A stretch of 64,000 nt of DNA from an uncultured Bacteroidales bacterium (GTDB lineage Bacteria; Bacteroidota; Bacteroidia; Bacteroidales; F082), in NCBI GenBank assembly GCA_900317055.1, contig ONFF01000001.1:108259-172258 (forward strand). Reading direction: 5' to 3'. Of this stretch, positions 35,895 to 45,375 are shown piece after piece. The position numbers and the translations under genes were made by a program. The number at the start of each line of letters is the position of its first letter. The first letter of the stretch is position 1. The notes below the pieces were generated by a model. That model saw nothing but the letters and a program-made list of their open reading frames with translations. It did no database searches and was not told the DNA's origin.

Positions 35895-37898
35895 CTACTC
35901 TTCAACCTTCGCCCGTTTCGAGTCCCAAATCATGTAAATAATGATGGCGATATACATCACCAAGGCGATGAGGCCTGCCCATGGGGTTTCGTTGAAGAAG
36001 CCTCCATCGGCGGTACGCGCCACGGCATCCACATTGCAGAACTTGAGGATGGCGCTCACTACACCCATCAAAGCGCCACCGGCGATGAAGCCCGAGGCGA
36101 TGAGGGTGCCGCGGTTGTAGCGGGCGTCGTTGAGTTTCTGGTCTTTGCTGCGGGTGCTGACGAACCATGAGATGGCACCACCGATGAGCAACGGGATGTT
36201 GAGCTCAATGGGAATGAACATACCCAAGGCGAAAGGTAGTGCGGGTATCTTGCAGAAGTTGAGGATTAAGGCGATGGCGGCACCGATGCCGTAGAGCAGC
36301 CAGGGAGCGCTACCGCCCGACATCATCGGCTCGATGACGGCGCTCATGGCATTGGCTTGCGGGGCTACCAAAGCATCTTTGCCTGTAAAACCGTAGGCTT
36401 TGTTCAGTACCATGATGACACCGGCAACTGTGGCTGCGGCTACAGCTACGCCGACGAACTTCCAAATCTCTTGCTTCTTGGGTGTCGTGCCAATCCAGTA
36501 ACCTACTTTCAAGTCGGTGATGAAGGCGCCGGCAACAGCTAATGCTGTACATACCACACCACCGATAATCAAGGTGGCAGTCATGCCGCTGGGACCGCTC
36601 AGTCCGGCAGCGACCATCACCAACGAGGCCAATATCAAGGTCATCAGTGTCATGCCGCTCACGGGGTTGCTGCCCACGATGGCGATGGCATTGGCAGCCA
36701 CCGTCGTAAACAAGAAGGCGATGACGGCCACGACCAGAATGCCAATCAATGCATGCCAAACATTGTGTACCACACCGAACCAAAAAAATAGGAAGGTGAC
36801 GATGAGCACAACCACAATGCCGATGACGATGGTCTTCATGGGAATATCTTGTTGCGTGCGGTCGACGGGTTCAGCTGAGGCTTTCTTGCCTTTGAACTCG
36901 TTGGCAGCGAGGCCGACTGACGACTTAATCACGCCCCACGACTTGATGATGCTGATGACACCCGCCATGGCGATGCCGCCTATGCCGATATGGCGTGCAT
37001 AGTCTTTGAAAATCTGCTCAGGTGCCATTTCACCTATGGTTTGCAGCACGCCCGTGTTCATCAGGTCGATGACTTGGTCGCCCCAGATGAGGTTCATGCC
37101 AGGGATGATGATGAACCACACCAGCATGGAGCCGCAGCAGATGATGAAAGCATATTTCAGACCGATGATGTAACCCAAGCCGAGCACGGCGGCACCCGTG
37201 TTCACCTTAAACATCAGCTTGGCTTTGTCGGCCAAGGCAGCGCCCCAACCCATCATGCGGGTGGTGAGGGTCTCCGACCACCAGCCGAAGGTGGAGACGA
37301 TGAAGTCATACAAACCGCCAATCAAACCGCTGATAACCAATAATAAGGAATCCTTACCCTTCTTCTGTCCGCTGACCAAGACCTGTGTGGTGGCAGTGGC
37401 TTCGGGGAAGGGGAACTTGCCGTGTTGCTCCTTGACGAAATATTTGCGGAAGGGGATGAGGAACAGGATGCCCAGGATGCCGCCCAACAAAGAGGCGATG
37501 AACACCTGCCAGAAGTTGATTTCGATTTGGTAGCCTTTACCTTGCAAGATGTAGAGTGCAGGCAAAGTGAAGATGGCGCCTGCCACCACGCCACCCGAGC
37601 ATCCACCGATGCTTTGGATGATGACATTTTGCGACAAGGCGTCGTTCTTTCGGGCCAGTCCCGTGAGGCCTATGGCGATGATGGCGATGGGGATGGCGGC
37701 CTCAAACACCTGTCCGACCTTCAGGCCGAGGTAGGCGGCGGCAGCCGAAAACAGGATGGTCATCAGAAGGCCGATGCACACCGACCACACCGTAACCTCT
37801 TGGTACTTCTTGTTTTTCGAGAGTATGGGTTCATACTCTTCGCCCGGTTTCAGTTCGCGTTGCGCGTTCTCGGGCAGTTTGAATTGATCGTTTTCCAT
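35895..37898 (-). CDS. OPT-family oligopeptide transporter
   Basis: 667 aa with about 15 TM helices and an N-terminus (ELKPGEEYEPILS) typical of bacterial OPT proteins. Confidence 0.85.
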   Translation of the reverse strand: MENDQFKLPENAQRELKPGEEYEPILSKNKKYQEVTVWSVCIGLLMTILFSAAAAYLGLKVGQVFEAAIPIAIIAIGLTGLARKNDALSQNVIIQSIGGCSGGVVAGAIFTLPALYILQGKGYQIEINFWQVFIASLLGGILGILFLIPFRKYFVKEQHGKFPFPEATATTQVLVSGQKKGKDSLLLVISGLIGGLYDFIVSTFGWWSETLTTRMMGWGAALADKAKLMFKVNTGAAVLGLGYIIGLKYAFIICCGSMLVWFIIIPGMNLIWGDQVIDLMNTGVLQTIGEMAPEQIFKDYARHIGIGGIAMAGVISIIKSWGVIKSSVGLAANEFKGKKASAEPVDRTQQDIPMKTIVIGIVVVLIVTFLFFWFGVVHNVWHALIGILVVAVIAFLFTTVAANAIAIVGSNPVSGMTLMTLILASLVMVAAGLSGPSGMTATLIIGGVVCTALAVAGAFITDLKVGYWIGTTPKKQEIWKFVGVAVAAATVAGVIMVLNKAYGFTGKDALVAPQANAMSAVIEPMMSGGSAPWLLYGIGAAIALILNFCKIPALPFALGMFIPIELNIPLLIGGAISWFVSTRSKDQKLNDARYNRGTLIASGFIAGGALMGVVSAILKFCNVDAVARTADGGFFNETPWAGLIALVMYIAIIIYMIWDSKRAKVEE

Positions 37899-37997
37899 AT
37901 TTTGATGGTTTTGTTTTTCGAAATAATCTGCAATAATAAGGAAAAAAACGATGTAGTGAATAATAATCGTGTAATTGAGTCAGTTATCTTAAAAACT

Positions 37998-39173
37998 ATG
38001 TGTATGGAAAACAAACAGAAAGCGTTTCAAATCGGTTTAAAGGTGTTCGGAGTCTTGTTGGGGCTAGCCTCAATTTTGTCCGCATTCATAGAGGAAGGAA
38101 TAAGTGGTTTGATGAATTACAGCTTGGGTGCAGGAATATGCTTTGCTTTGTCGGAGGGCTTTGCTCTCAAACGGCAGAAGTACACCTGGCTTTATCCGCT
38201 GATTTTGTGGGTGGTCTTGGTCACTGTATCATTGTCTTTGAAATTAAGAATGGCAGTTGCGGGTATTTTGGCCGCTAACCTGTTCGTGCCTTATGTTTTG
38301 GTACTGATCATTCGGCGTTTGCCAATCAAAGAAATCTATAAGGAAACGCTTTATCTGGGCTTTTTGCCCTTTTTGGCTTTCATATTGGTTGGTCAATGGG
38401 GCAATAATGCAATTGTAATGGCTATTGCATTTGTCACATTGCCAGCTTTTTACTATGCCACGCGAAATTCTACTGCCAAGCAGAGATGGATTCAACTGGT
38501 CTTTTTTATGTTGCCCATTTTGCTGACCCATATTGCAGGCTATCTAGGGTTCGTGGTTCCTCGTTTGATTGCATTGGTAGTGTCACTTTTGTTGGTTATG
38601 TTACTGCAATCGATGTCCGTTTCCACGAAAGCCAAAACGGTGGTGGTGGCTGTTTTGATGCTATTGTCGTTGCCCTTGTCGTTTTTTCTGAGTACCAATC
38701 TGTTTACCTACTTCATTGTCAAGGAAATGGACGGCGAGGTGGAGCAACCCTTTCCGCTTTCCTACACTATTGTCACGAAGGAGGGCGATACGCTTAACGA
38801 GGCTACGTTGCTAGGGAAGAACGTGGCTTTGTTTTTCTGGTCATCGCATTGCGCGAATTGTCACAAGGAGTTGCCGAATTTTTCCGACTTGGCAGCTCAG
38901 TATGAGGGTGATACGACCAAGGTGTTCATAGCGGCTTTCATATCGTTCGACGAAGAGCCCGATTCCGCGTTTTTCGAACAGGAATCGTCAACCGAGATGG
39001 CTTTTCTTTGGGCCAAGGCCACTAATGGCAAAAAGCTGATGAACGATTTGGGTTTCAATGCTTTCCCGTATGTCACTTATATCAATAGAAATGGCGAGGT
39101 GGTTTACAAAGGTTTCCTCACCAACCATCCAGGTGTTCTCGCTTATCCTCCCAAGAAATATTTGAAGCTGTAA
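37998..39173 (+). CDS. polytopic membrane domain fused to a TlpA-like thioredoxin-fold domain
   Basis: About 8 TM helices over about 260 aa, then a redoxin domain with VALFFWSSHCANCHKELPNF (CxxC = CANC). The upstream part of ORF 37422..39173 is antisense to the OPT gene and is rejected. Confidence 0.75.
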   Translation: MCMENKQKAFQIGLKVFGVLLGLASILSAFIEEGISGLMNYSLGAGICFALSEGFALKRQKYTWLYPLILWVVLVTVSLSLKLRMAVAGILAANLFVPYVLVLIIRRLPIKEIYKETLYLGFLPFLAFILVGQWGNNAIVMAIAFVTLPAFYYATRNSTAKQRWIQLVFFMLPILLTHIAGYLGFVVPRLIALVVSLLLVMLLQSMSVSTKAKTVVVAVLMLLSLPLSFFLSTNLFTYFIVKEMDGEVEQPFPLSYTIVTKEGDTLNEATLLGKNVALFFWSSHCANCHKELPNFSDLAAQYEGDTTKVFIAAFISFDEEPDSAFFEQESSTEMAFLWAKATNGKKLMNDLGFNAFPYVTYINRNGEVVYKGFLTNHPGVLAYPPKKYLKL

Positions 39174-39231
39174 TGTTATATTATCTTACGAAGAATACGC
39201 TTAATTATGTGAAGCGTAAAGCGACGCTTTC

Positions 39232-39326
39232 TTTCTCACGCAGAAATCGCAGAATTATGGGAATCGCGAAGCGATAAAAAAATTGAGCCCGGTAGGTTCT
39301 GCGAGTTCTGCGGATTCTGCGTGAAA
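39232..39326. repeat. palindromic repeat built from CGCAGAA-containing 9-mers (copy R1)
   Basis: Left arm tctcacgcagaaatcgcagaa and right arm ttctgcgagttctgcggattctgcgtga. It has the same 5' consensus CTCACGCAGAA(A/T)C(C)GCAGAA(T/C)TATG as the copy at 41357-41449. Confidence 0.75.
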
Positions 39327-39390
39327 CTACTTCCTACATTTTTTTTGCGAGAAAATGACAAATTAATTTGTCTAATTGGAAAGTTTACTT

Positions 39391-39398
39391 TACTTTTG
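39391..39398 (+). promoter_or_regulatory. -7 box TACTTTTG
   Basis: Lies 28 nt before the ATG at 39426. Confidence 0.5.
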
Positions 39399-39425
39399 CA
39401 GCGTCAAACTTAAAGTAAACGCAAA

Positions 39426-40676
39426 ATGAAGTACCTATTTAAATTTACAATGGCATGGGCTGCTATTGCGTTCGTGCTTGCGGGCTGTGACAGCCAGCCC
39501 ACTGCCGAAGAAGTCCTTCGGAAATCCTACCAGAAATGCCAGTCCATACAAGGCGGGCACTATGAAATGGATTGGAAAAAGAAGTACATGTCGGACAACG
39601 ACACTACCTTCAACCGCTATATTTGCGACTTCAAGAAACTGCCCGACGACACGATTTTCGGGAAAGCCTTCAACTCGTTTGAGGAATACCTCAATTCGAA
39701 ATGGATTTCGTCATATCATCATCTCTATACGGGGAACGAGTATGTTTCCTACTGCGACAGCACGGGCATCATCCAGTCGTGCGACCTTTGGGCTAAAGAC
39801 ATCATCAGGGGGAGGCACAACCGCGAGTTTTATACGCCTTTGACCAACAAAAGCAGTTATCCCTTGCGCACCAATGAGGATTTGGACGACGAAAACATAT
39901 TCAATAAAGACTATTCTTACTCGCTTTCGGAAACCCAATTGGACGGGAAATCATGCTACTTGGTCGATATTCTTGGACCTGAAGACGAGGAACCTGACAG
40001 CATTTATGGTATGCAGACCATCCGTTACGAAATCAACTTGTGGATTGACAAGGAGGACTATATGCCACTCCAATACTCCATCGCTTTCGACATCGTAGAG
40101 CAGCAGGACACTATGTATCAATATGATGAGTTCAAGTTGCTTGTCTTCGACCCGAATGTGGACGAGTCGAAACTGGCGTTGGAATCCATTCCCGAGAATA
40201 TTATTTTGAAGGATTACGAACCTTACAAGGCTCCCGAACCGCTTCCCGAAGGCTCACTCGCGCCGGAATGGTCGCTGCCCACGCTGACGGGCGACACCCT
40301 CCGCCTCGCCGACCTGAAAGGGAAGGTCGTGCTGCTCGATTTCTTCTACAAGTCGTGTGCCCCGTGCTGTGCTGCCCTGCCCGTGTTGCAAAGCCTGCAC
40401 GAGAAATACAAGGACAAGGGTTTTATGATGATTGGCATTGACCCGATTGATCACCCAGATGAGGACGAAATGGCCGATTTTTTGGCCAAACGCGGCATTA
40501 CTTACACCATCCTTTTCGCCGAGCGCGAATTGTCGAGCACTTACCGCGTTTCGGGCTACCCGACCTTGTATTTCCTTGACCGCGAGGGCAAGATAGCGAA
40601 GATGCATATAGGCTTCGGCAAAGGTATGGAAGAAGAATTGGAAGCGGATTTGGTGAAACTTTTGGAAAACAAATAA
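39426..40676 (+). CDS. TlpA-family thiol:disulfide oxidoreductase lipoprotein
   Basis: Lipobox FVLAGC and an N-terminal domain of about 270 aa. The C-terminal thioredoxin fold is VVLLDFFYKSCAPCCAALPVL (CxxC = CAPC) ... GYPTLYFLDREGKI. Confidence 0.82.
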   Translation: MKYLFKFTMAWAAIAFVLAGCDSQPTAEEVLRKSYQKCQSIQGGHYEMDWKKKYMSDNDTTFNRYICDFKKLPDDTIFGKAFNSFEEYLNSKWISSYHHLYTGNEYVSYCDSTGIIQSCDLWAKDIIRGRHNREFYTPLTNKSSYPLRTNEDLDDENIFNKDYSYSLSETQLDGKSCYLVDILGPEDEEPDSIYGMQTIRYEINLWIDKEDYMPLQYSIAFDIVEQQDTMYQYDEFKLLVFDPNVDESKLALESIPENIILKDYEPYKAPEPLPEGSLAPEWSLPTLTGDTLRLADLKGKVVLLDFFYKSCAPCCAALPVLQSLHEKYKDKGFMMIGIDPIDHPDEDEMADFLAKRGITYTILFAERELSSTYRVSGYPTLYFLDREGKIAKMHIGFGKGMEEELEADLVKLLENK

Positions 40677-40688
40677 AATCTATACATT

Positions 40689-41153
40689 ATGAAGAAAAAC
40701 TATTTGTTTCCCCACTACTTCCAATGGATTGGATTGGCGATTGCTGTCATTTCCTTTGTGGCTCTATGCGTTGGTCCAAATATGGATTTTTCCATTCGGA
40801 TGCCAGCCCTTTATAATGGCGATATTTCCTTTGACGAAGAATCCAATAGCGGTTTTTTCCGCATGGCTGATACTGGCATGTTCTCCATTGCCATGCCTTT
40901 GTTGATCATTGGCTTGATTTTCTTAGGTTTCTCCAAAGAAAAAGTAGAAGATGAGTTCGTGCAGTATCTTCGTTCCCAAAGTCTGATCTGGTCCACGTAC
41001 GTCACAGCAGGCTTGTTCATTCTGGGCACCTTGTTGATTTACGGCATCACTTACCTCTTGATACCGTATATGGTGTTTTTTGTGTTCCTCTTGCTGTTCA
41101 TCCTCAAATTCAAGATTGCTTTGCATCATTACAACAAAGGAGGCGCGAAATGA
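40689..41153 (+). CDS. small membrane protein (4 TM), unknown function
   Basis: Hydrophobic helices (WIGLAIAVISFVALCV, IAMPLLIIGLIFLGF, YVTAGLFILGTLLIYG, MVFFVFLLLFIL). There is an ATGA overlap with the downstream HTH gene. Confidence 0.6.
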   Translation: MKKNYLFPHYFQWIGLAIAVISFVALCVGPNMDFSIRMPALYNGDISFDEESNSGFFRMADTGMFSIAMPLLIIGLIFLGFSKEKVEDEFVQYLRSQSLIWSTYVTAGLFILGTLLIYGITYLLIPYMVFFVFLLLFILKFKIALHHYNKGGAK

Positions 41154-41350
41154 AGAACCGTTTGAAAGTGGCGCGGGCCGAAAAGGACCTCACGCAAGAG
41201 GATTTGGCCAAACTTGTTGGCGTGAGTCGGCAGTCGATAAACGCCATAGAATTAGGGCGATATGTGCCCTCCACGGTCTTGGCCTTGAAGATGGCGCAGG
41301 TGTTCGGGAAATCGGTGGAGGAGATTTTTTTCTTGGAGGATGAAGATTGA
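41150..41350 (+). CDS. XRE-family HTH transcriptional regulator (66 aa)
   Basis: LKVARAEKDLTQEDLAKLVGVSRQSINAIELGRYVPSTVLALKMAQVF is a classic Cro/C1 HTH. Confidence 0.88.
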   Translation: MKNRLKVARAEKDLTQEDLAKLVGVSRQSINAIELGRYVPSTVLALKMAQVFGKSVEEIFFLEDED

Positions 41351-41356
41351 TTTTTT

Positions 41357-41449
41357 TCTCACGCAGAATCCGCAGAACTATGTGAAGCCTGCCAGACCAT
41401 TACTTTGCGTCGCATAGCGATTCCTATAGTTCTGCGATTTCTGCGTGCG
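41357..41449. repeat. palindromic repeat built from CGCAGAA-containing 9-mers (copy R2)
   Basis: tctcacgcagaatccgcagaactat ... atagttctgcgatttctgcgtg. It lies between the convergent XRE and S8 genes and probably also acts as a terminator. Confidence 0.75.
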
Positions 41450-41458
41450 GAATTTATC

Positions 41459-44071
41459 TTATCTAGCAATAAAGAATTTCTTTATGAAACAACTTTCGTC
41501 GTTCTGAATCCTAACGAAATACATTCCCTCGGCCAAACCCGACACATCAATTTGTTGTGATTCATCGGTGATGTGGCCCGAAAGCAGCGTTTGGCCTGTC
41601 ACGTTGGTGATGATGTATTCGGTTTCCGCCTGTAGAGACGTTGCGCGCAACGTCTGTACAAATAGAATTCCGTTCGTAGGATTAGGATAAACCATGATTT
41701 CCATTGCGTTATTCTCATCAACGACCATCACATCCTTGTCCAAACATTCCGACCAAGCAATGGTGTTTCCGCCATCGGTGCTGATGCCGTATTTGTATTG
41801 TCCAATCGGCAAGGCATCCCAACCATAATCCACATAATGGGCATCAGCGATGTTTGAAGCAATCAGCTCGGCATTGCTTCCGTCGCAGTTGGCGCGATAG
41901 ATGCTGTAAGTGTTACCCACGGTGATGTCGTCGATATAGAAGGCGTTATCGTATTCGCCCTCGGCGAGTTGGTTAGCATATTTCCATTCCAGGATGTGGT
42001 TGCCAGGACCGATGGCCACGGTGTAGCGCGTCCACGGCACTTCATCCTTCAAGGTCTCGCCATACTGCACGTTGTCGATGAAGAAGCCGCAGCCATTGAG
42101 CGGGAAGCAACTGACGCGTGCATAGTAGCTTACGACACATGAAGTGGGCAGGTTGACAGCCAAAGAGATCTTGCTGTTGGAGAACATGCCTGTGTTGGTT
42201 GACTTGGCGCAATACGTGCCTGTGTTGGGTTGCGTGGTGGTGATACCCCAAGGGCTGGTGGCGTCATTGATCCACATGTTTTGGTAGAAGTCGCCCGACT
42301 CGAAGCCGTCATAAATGCCCGCAGGCAGGTTCCACGACAAGGAGACGCGCATGTTGTTGATGACTTCAGCCTCAATCTCGACCGCTTTCGTCAAGGTGAC
42401 ATAATTGGAAGGGAGGGAGGTCATGTCGTTTTCTAGATGGGCGATAATATAATAGGTGTAGGAACCCGCATAGCTGATGTGATCGGTATAGGTGGTAGCC
42501 GTCAGGCTGTTGGCAATGCGCATGCCGTCGCGATAGACGTCGTAGGAGATGCCTTCGGGAGCGGCTGTCCAGTTGAGAATGACTTGTTCACCGTCGAAGT
42601 CGGCGGTGAGGTGGGTGGGACCGTGGTGGAACAAGGCGTTCATGGCAGCCAAAGCGTCAATACGACCTGAGCCTACTCGGTTGTTTTTCATGGTGTTGCC
42701 GACCCTCACCGAGGTAAGCTCAATGATGGAGTCCAATTCTGCGGGAGATAGTTCAGGATTAGCCTCAAGCAGCATGGCCAACACGCCAGCCACGCAGGGC
42801 GTGGCCATTGAGGTACCGTCTAATTCGGTGTAGCCGTTGGTGGTCTGGTAGTTCAATGAGGTGATGTTGGCACCAGGAGCAGAGATGTCGGGACGAATCA
42901 AGCCGGGCTGGTTGACATCACCATTTTCGTAAGGGTAGTCGTTGTAGTTGCCGACATTGGATCCGGCGGCCCAAGTCGTGGGGCCGATGGAAGAGAAGCC
43001 GCAGCGCTCGTCATTGGAGTCGGTGGCACCCACGCTGATGACGGAGGTCAGACCGCCTTCGATGAGGTTCCTTTGGTCGGGGTGGAGCCATGCCGGAGGG
43101 CAGTTGCCCGGAGCGCTGATGTTGAAGGGAACGGGAAAGGTGTATTGTGTTTGGCCTTCGTTGCCGCAAGCCACGGCAGCCGCCACGCCCGCCTCAAGGC
43201 AGGTGGCAAAGACATCACGGTAGTAGTAGCAGGGACCAGCGCCTACATCGCTGAGTGAGAGGCTGAGGATATGGGCACCATGCTCCAAGGCAAACTCAAC
43301 ACCTTGGATGAGGTGGGTGGCTTCACCTTGACCGTCTTCTCCCAAAACCTTGATGGACATGATTTTGGCTCCCGGGGCGATGCCCGTTTGGGTACCTGCC
43401 ATGCCTTGTCCTGCCAAGATGCCAGCGGTGTGTGTGCCGTGACCATCGTCGTCCATAGGATTGTTGTCTTGATAGAAAACGTCATAGCCGTGGTGAGGGA
43501 ACTCGCTGCCGCCGTCCCACATGCTGTTGGCAATATCGATATGGTTGTAGTTGACACCCGTGTCGATGTGGCCGATGATGACACCGTTGCCCGTATAGCC
43601 CGTGCCGTTGTAGTTCCAAACCGCAGGCGCATTGATTTTGTCGACATGCCAAGCATTGTCTCTTGTGGCAGGGCCAATTTTCTCGTTTTGAGGAATCATC
43701 GGGCGCATCTCGTCGGGGATAATCATGGCGACATCTTTGCGTTGAGCGAGTTGTGCGATGACGTCTTCGCTGGCCGAGCAGCTGAAGCCGTTGAACGACC
43801 AGAAGGTTTTCAGGTCGCTGACCAAGTTTTCGCTCTTGTAACCATTAAGAAAATCAAGCACTTGGGCTTGCGAGGCTTGACAAAAGGCTTTCCGCTCGGC
43901 GATGACAAAGTCGCGGCGTTGCTCCTTGGTCATCAAGGCGGTTTTTTGCGACAGGTGACTGTCATCGTAGCGTTCGTTCATCATCACGATGACATGTTGG
44001 AGATTGTTGGATTGGCCAAACAATGCACTGAAGCAGAGGGCCAAGAGAAGGGTAAAAATGGGCTTCTTCAT
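41459..44071 (-). CDS. S8-family (subtilisin-like) serine peptidase, T9SS type-A cargo
   Basis: Signal peptide MKKPIFTLLLALCFSALFG. Catalytic Asp/His/Ser contexts are GHIDTGVNYNH, HGTHTAGI and GTSMATPCVAGV. Also present are an FN3-like module (YDVYRDGMRIAN), a MAM-like module and the CTD VYPNPTNGILFV...GMYFVRIQNDESCFIKKFFIAR. The ATG is at 44071. Confidence 0.9.
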   Translation of the reverse strand: MKKPIFTLLLALCFSALFGQSNNLQHVIVMMNERYDDSHLSQKTALMTKEQRRDFVIAERKAFCQASQAQVLDFLNGYKSENLVSDLKTFWSFNGFSCSASEDVIAQLAQRKDVAMIIPDEMRPMIPQNEKIGPATRDNAWHVDKINAPAVWNYNGTGYTGNGVIIGHIDTGVNYNHIDIANSMWDGGSEFPHHGYDVFYQDNNPMDDDGHGTHTAGILAGQGMAGTQTGIAPGAKIMSIKVLGEDGQGEATHLIQGVEFALEHGAHILSLSLSDVGAGPCYYYRDVFATCLEAGVAAAVACGNEGQTQYTFPVPFNISAPGNCPPAWLHPDQRNLIEGGLTSVISVGATDSNDERCGFSSIGPTTWAAGSNVGNYNDYPYENGDVNQPGLIRPDISAPGANITSLNYQTTNGYTELDGTSMATPCVAGVLAMLLEANPELSPAELDSIIELTSVRVGNTMKNNRVGSGRIDALAAMNALFHHGPTHLTADFDGEQVILNWTAAPEGISYDVYRDGMRIANSLTATTYTDHISYAGSYTYYIIAHLENDMTSLPSNYVTLTKAVEIEAEVINNMRVSLSWNLPAGIYDGFESGDFYQNMWINDATSPWGITTTQPNTGTYCAKSTNTGMFSNSKISLAVNLPTSCVVSYYARVSCFPLNGCGFFIDNVQYGETLKDEVPWTRYTVAIGPGNHILEWKYANQLAEGEYDNAFYIDDITVGNTYSIYRANCDGSNAELIASNIADAHYVDYGWDALPIGQYKYGISTDGGNTIAWSECLDKDVMVVDENNAMEIMVYPNPTNGILFVQTLRATSLQAETEYIITNVTGQTLLSGHITDESQQIDVSGLAEGMYFVRIQNDESCFIKKFFIAR
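41631..41660. repeat. 30-bp near-perfect palindrome inside the S8 CTD coding sequence
   Basis: tgtagagacgttgcg|cgcaacgtctgtaca. The core AGACGTTGCGCGCAACGTCT (41636-41655) is perfect. It encodes QTLRATSLQ. Confidence 0.85.
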
Positions 44072-45375
44072 GATATTGAATTGGTTTTGTGTAACAATGC
44101 ATTTCCGATACGGCATTCCAAACACCGTTTGCGCTTGCAAAAATAGGAATAAAGGTGCAACAAAGCCTGTGTTTGCATGGCATTTTCAGCCGTGATGCCA
44201 CATTGGGCGTAGTGCCTGATAATGGCATTGTCCTCAGCCTCAGTACCTTCCAGGAATTGCAATGCTGTCTCGCATACCGATTCGTCTTTGTGGAGTTTGC
44301 CGTAACAAAACAGTAATGGGGACACTGCATTGACAATCAATACATCGACTGTGGTTTCACCTAAATGTTTTGGTTTGCGGCTGCTTTGGCTCCTCCTTTT
44401 AAGGGGATCAGGGGGATTAGGCAGCCGCGTCTCGAACCGCCAATGCGTCTCCCAATATTCCGATGCCTTGACATCAAACAAAGCTTTGACTTCAGTCGTG
44501 TCTTTTGCAGACTTGATTTTGGCGAACAGACAGCCATTTTTGTGGATGAGCTGCGCCATTTGTGCCAGACGAATGGTAGGAAAATTTGAGGGCCGCATGC
44601 GCATGAACCGCCACCTCTCGACAGGCATGGTCAGTAGGTTGAACTTGGCTTTCATCACGCTAAATTCACGCTTGAGCAGCAGGGGATAATCCTCCGTGAA
44701 CTCGTCTTCGAGGAACCCCGCGCAACCCATAAGCATGGCTTCTACCTGAAGCAGGTTGTCGGCATGTTTCAGCAAGGTCTTGAAAGGCAAGATGTTGGCT
44801 AAATACTCAAAAGCCTCGTTGTTGACTTTCAAGCCGAAATAGCGCATCAGTAGTTTATAAAGTGCGTCCTCCCAGTCGAATTGGTTGGCTTCCAGTATTT
44901 TGGTGACGGCTTCCGACTTGCTCTCCAAACGTTCCACTGCCATACGGTCAAGCCACGAAAGTCTGGTGAAGACAGGAACTTTGGCGATGCTTCTCTCGCA
45001 GGGAATCCAAGTCTTGGAGGCGATAAGCTTCTGATAATGTGTGAAGAGGCTTTCGTCGAAATGCCCTTTCAATTCCAGGGTAGGGATGTCGTTGACTTGT
45101 AGGTCGTTTTCATATACTACATGCAGGATGACATTCTTGTAGGCTTTGTCGGTCTGGTGGCCATGACGGTTCCAGTCGGAGGTTTTCACATGGATCTCCA
45201 CATGCCCAGCCCATAGTTTGTCGCCGATTTGGATTTTGGCCTCGAGGAAGTCGGGGCCAGAGTCGGTGTTGCGGTAACCTGTCGCCACCACCTCTATCGC
45301 TTCACCTTCCACGGTCTTCAAGTTCTTGTCGGTCAAGCGATTCTCCCAGATGTAGTATAGGAATTCTTCTCTCAT
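44068..45375 (-). CDS. DUF2851-family protein
   Basis: N-terminus EFLYYIWENRL ... SGPDFLEAKIQIGDKLWAGHVEIHVKTSDWNRHGH. The stop overlaps the S8 start (ATGA). Confidence 0.82.
   Translation of the reverse strand: MREEFLYYIWENRLTDKNLKTVEGEAIEVVATGYRNTDSGPDFLEAKIQIGDKLWAGHVEIHVKTSDWNRHGHQTDKAYKNVILHVVYENDLQVNDIPTLELKGHFDESLFTHYQKLIASKTWIPCERSIAKVPVFTRLSWLDRMAVERLESKSEAVTKILEANQFDWEDALYKLLMRYFGLKVNNEAFEYLANILPFKTLLKHADNLLQVEAMLMGCAGFLEDEFTEDYPLLLKREFSVMKAKFNLLTMPVERWRFMRMRPSNFPTIRLAQMAQLIHKNGCLFAKIKSAKDTTEVKALFDVKASEYWETHWRFETRLPNPPDPLKRRSQSSRKPKHLGETTVDVLIVNAVSPLLFCYGKLHKDESVCETALQFLEGTEAEDNAIIRHYAQCGITAENAMQTQALLHLYSYFCKRKRCLECRIGNALLHKTNSIS

Noticed and set aside
37422-37997. N-terminal 192 codons of ORF 37422..39173.
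   Set aside because: This part is antisense to the well-supported OPT transporter gene and is D/G/R/H-rich junk. The real gene starts at the ATG at 37998, where hydrophobic helices begin.
40689-41350. Membrane protein plus XRE regulator as a toxin-antitoxin or abortive-infection pair.
   Set aside because: A small HTH regulator translationally coupled to a small multi-TM protein is a widespread arrangement. There is no toxin-like domain and nothing in the sequence specific to defence.
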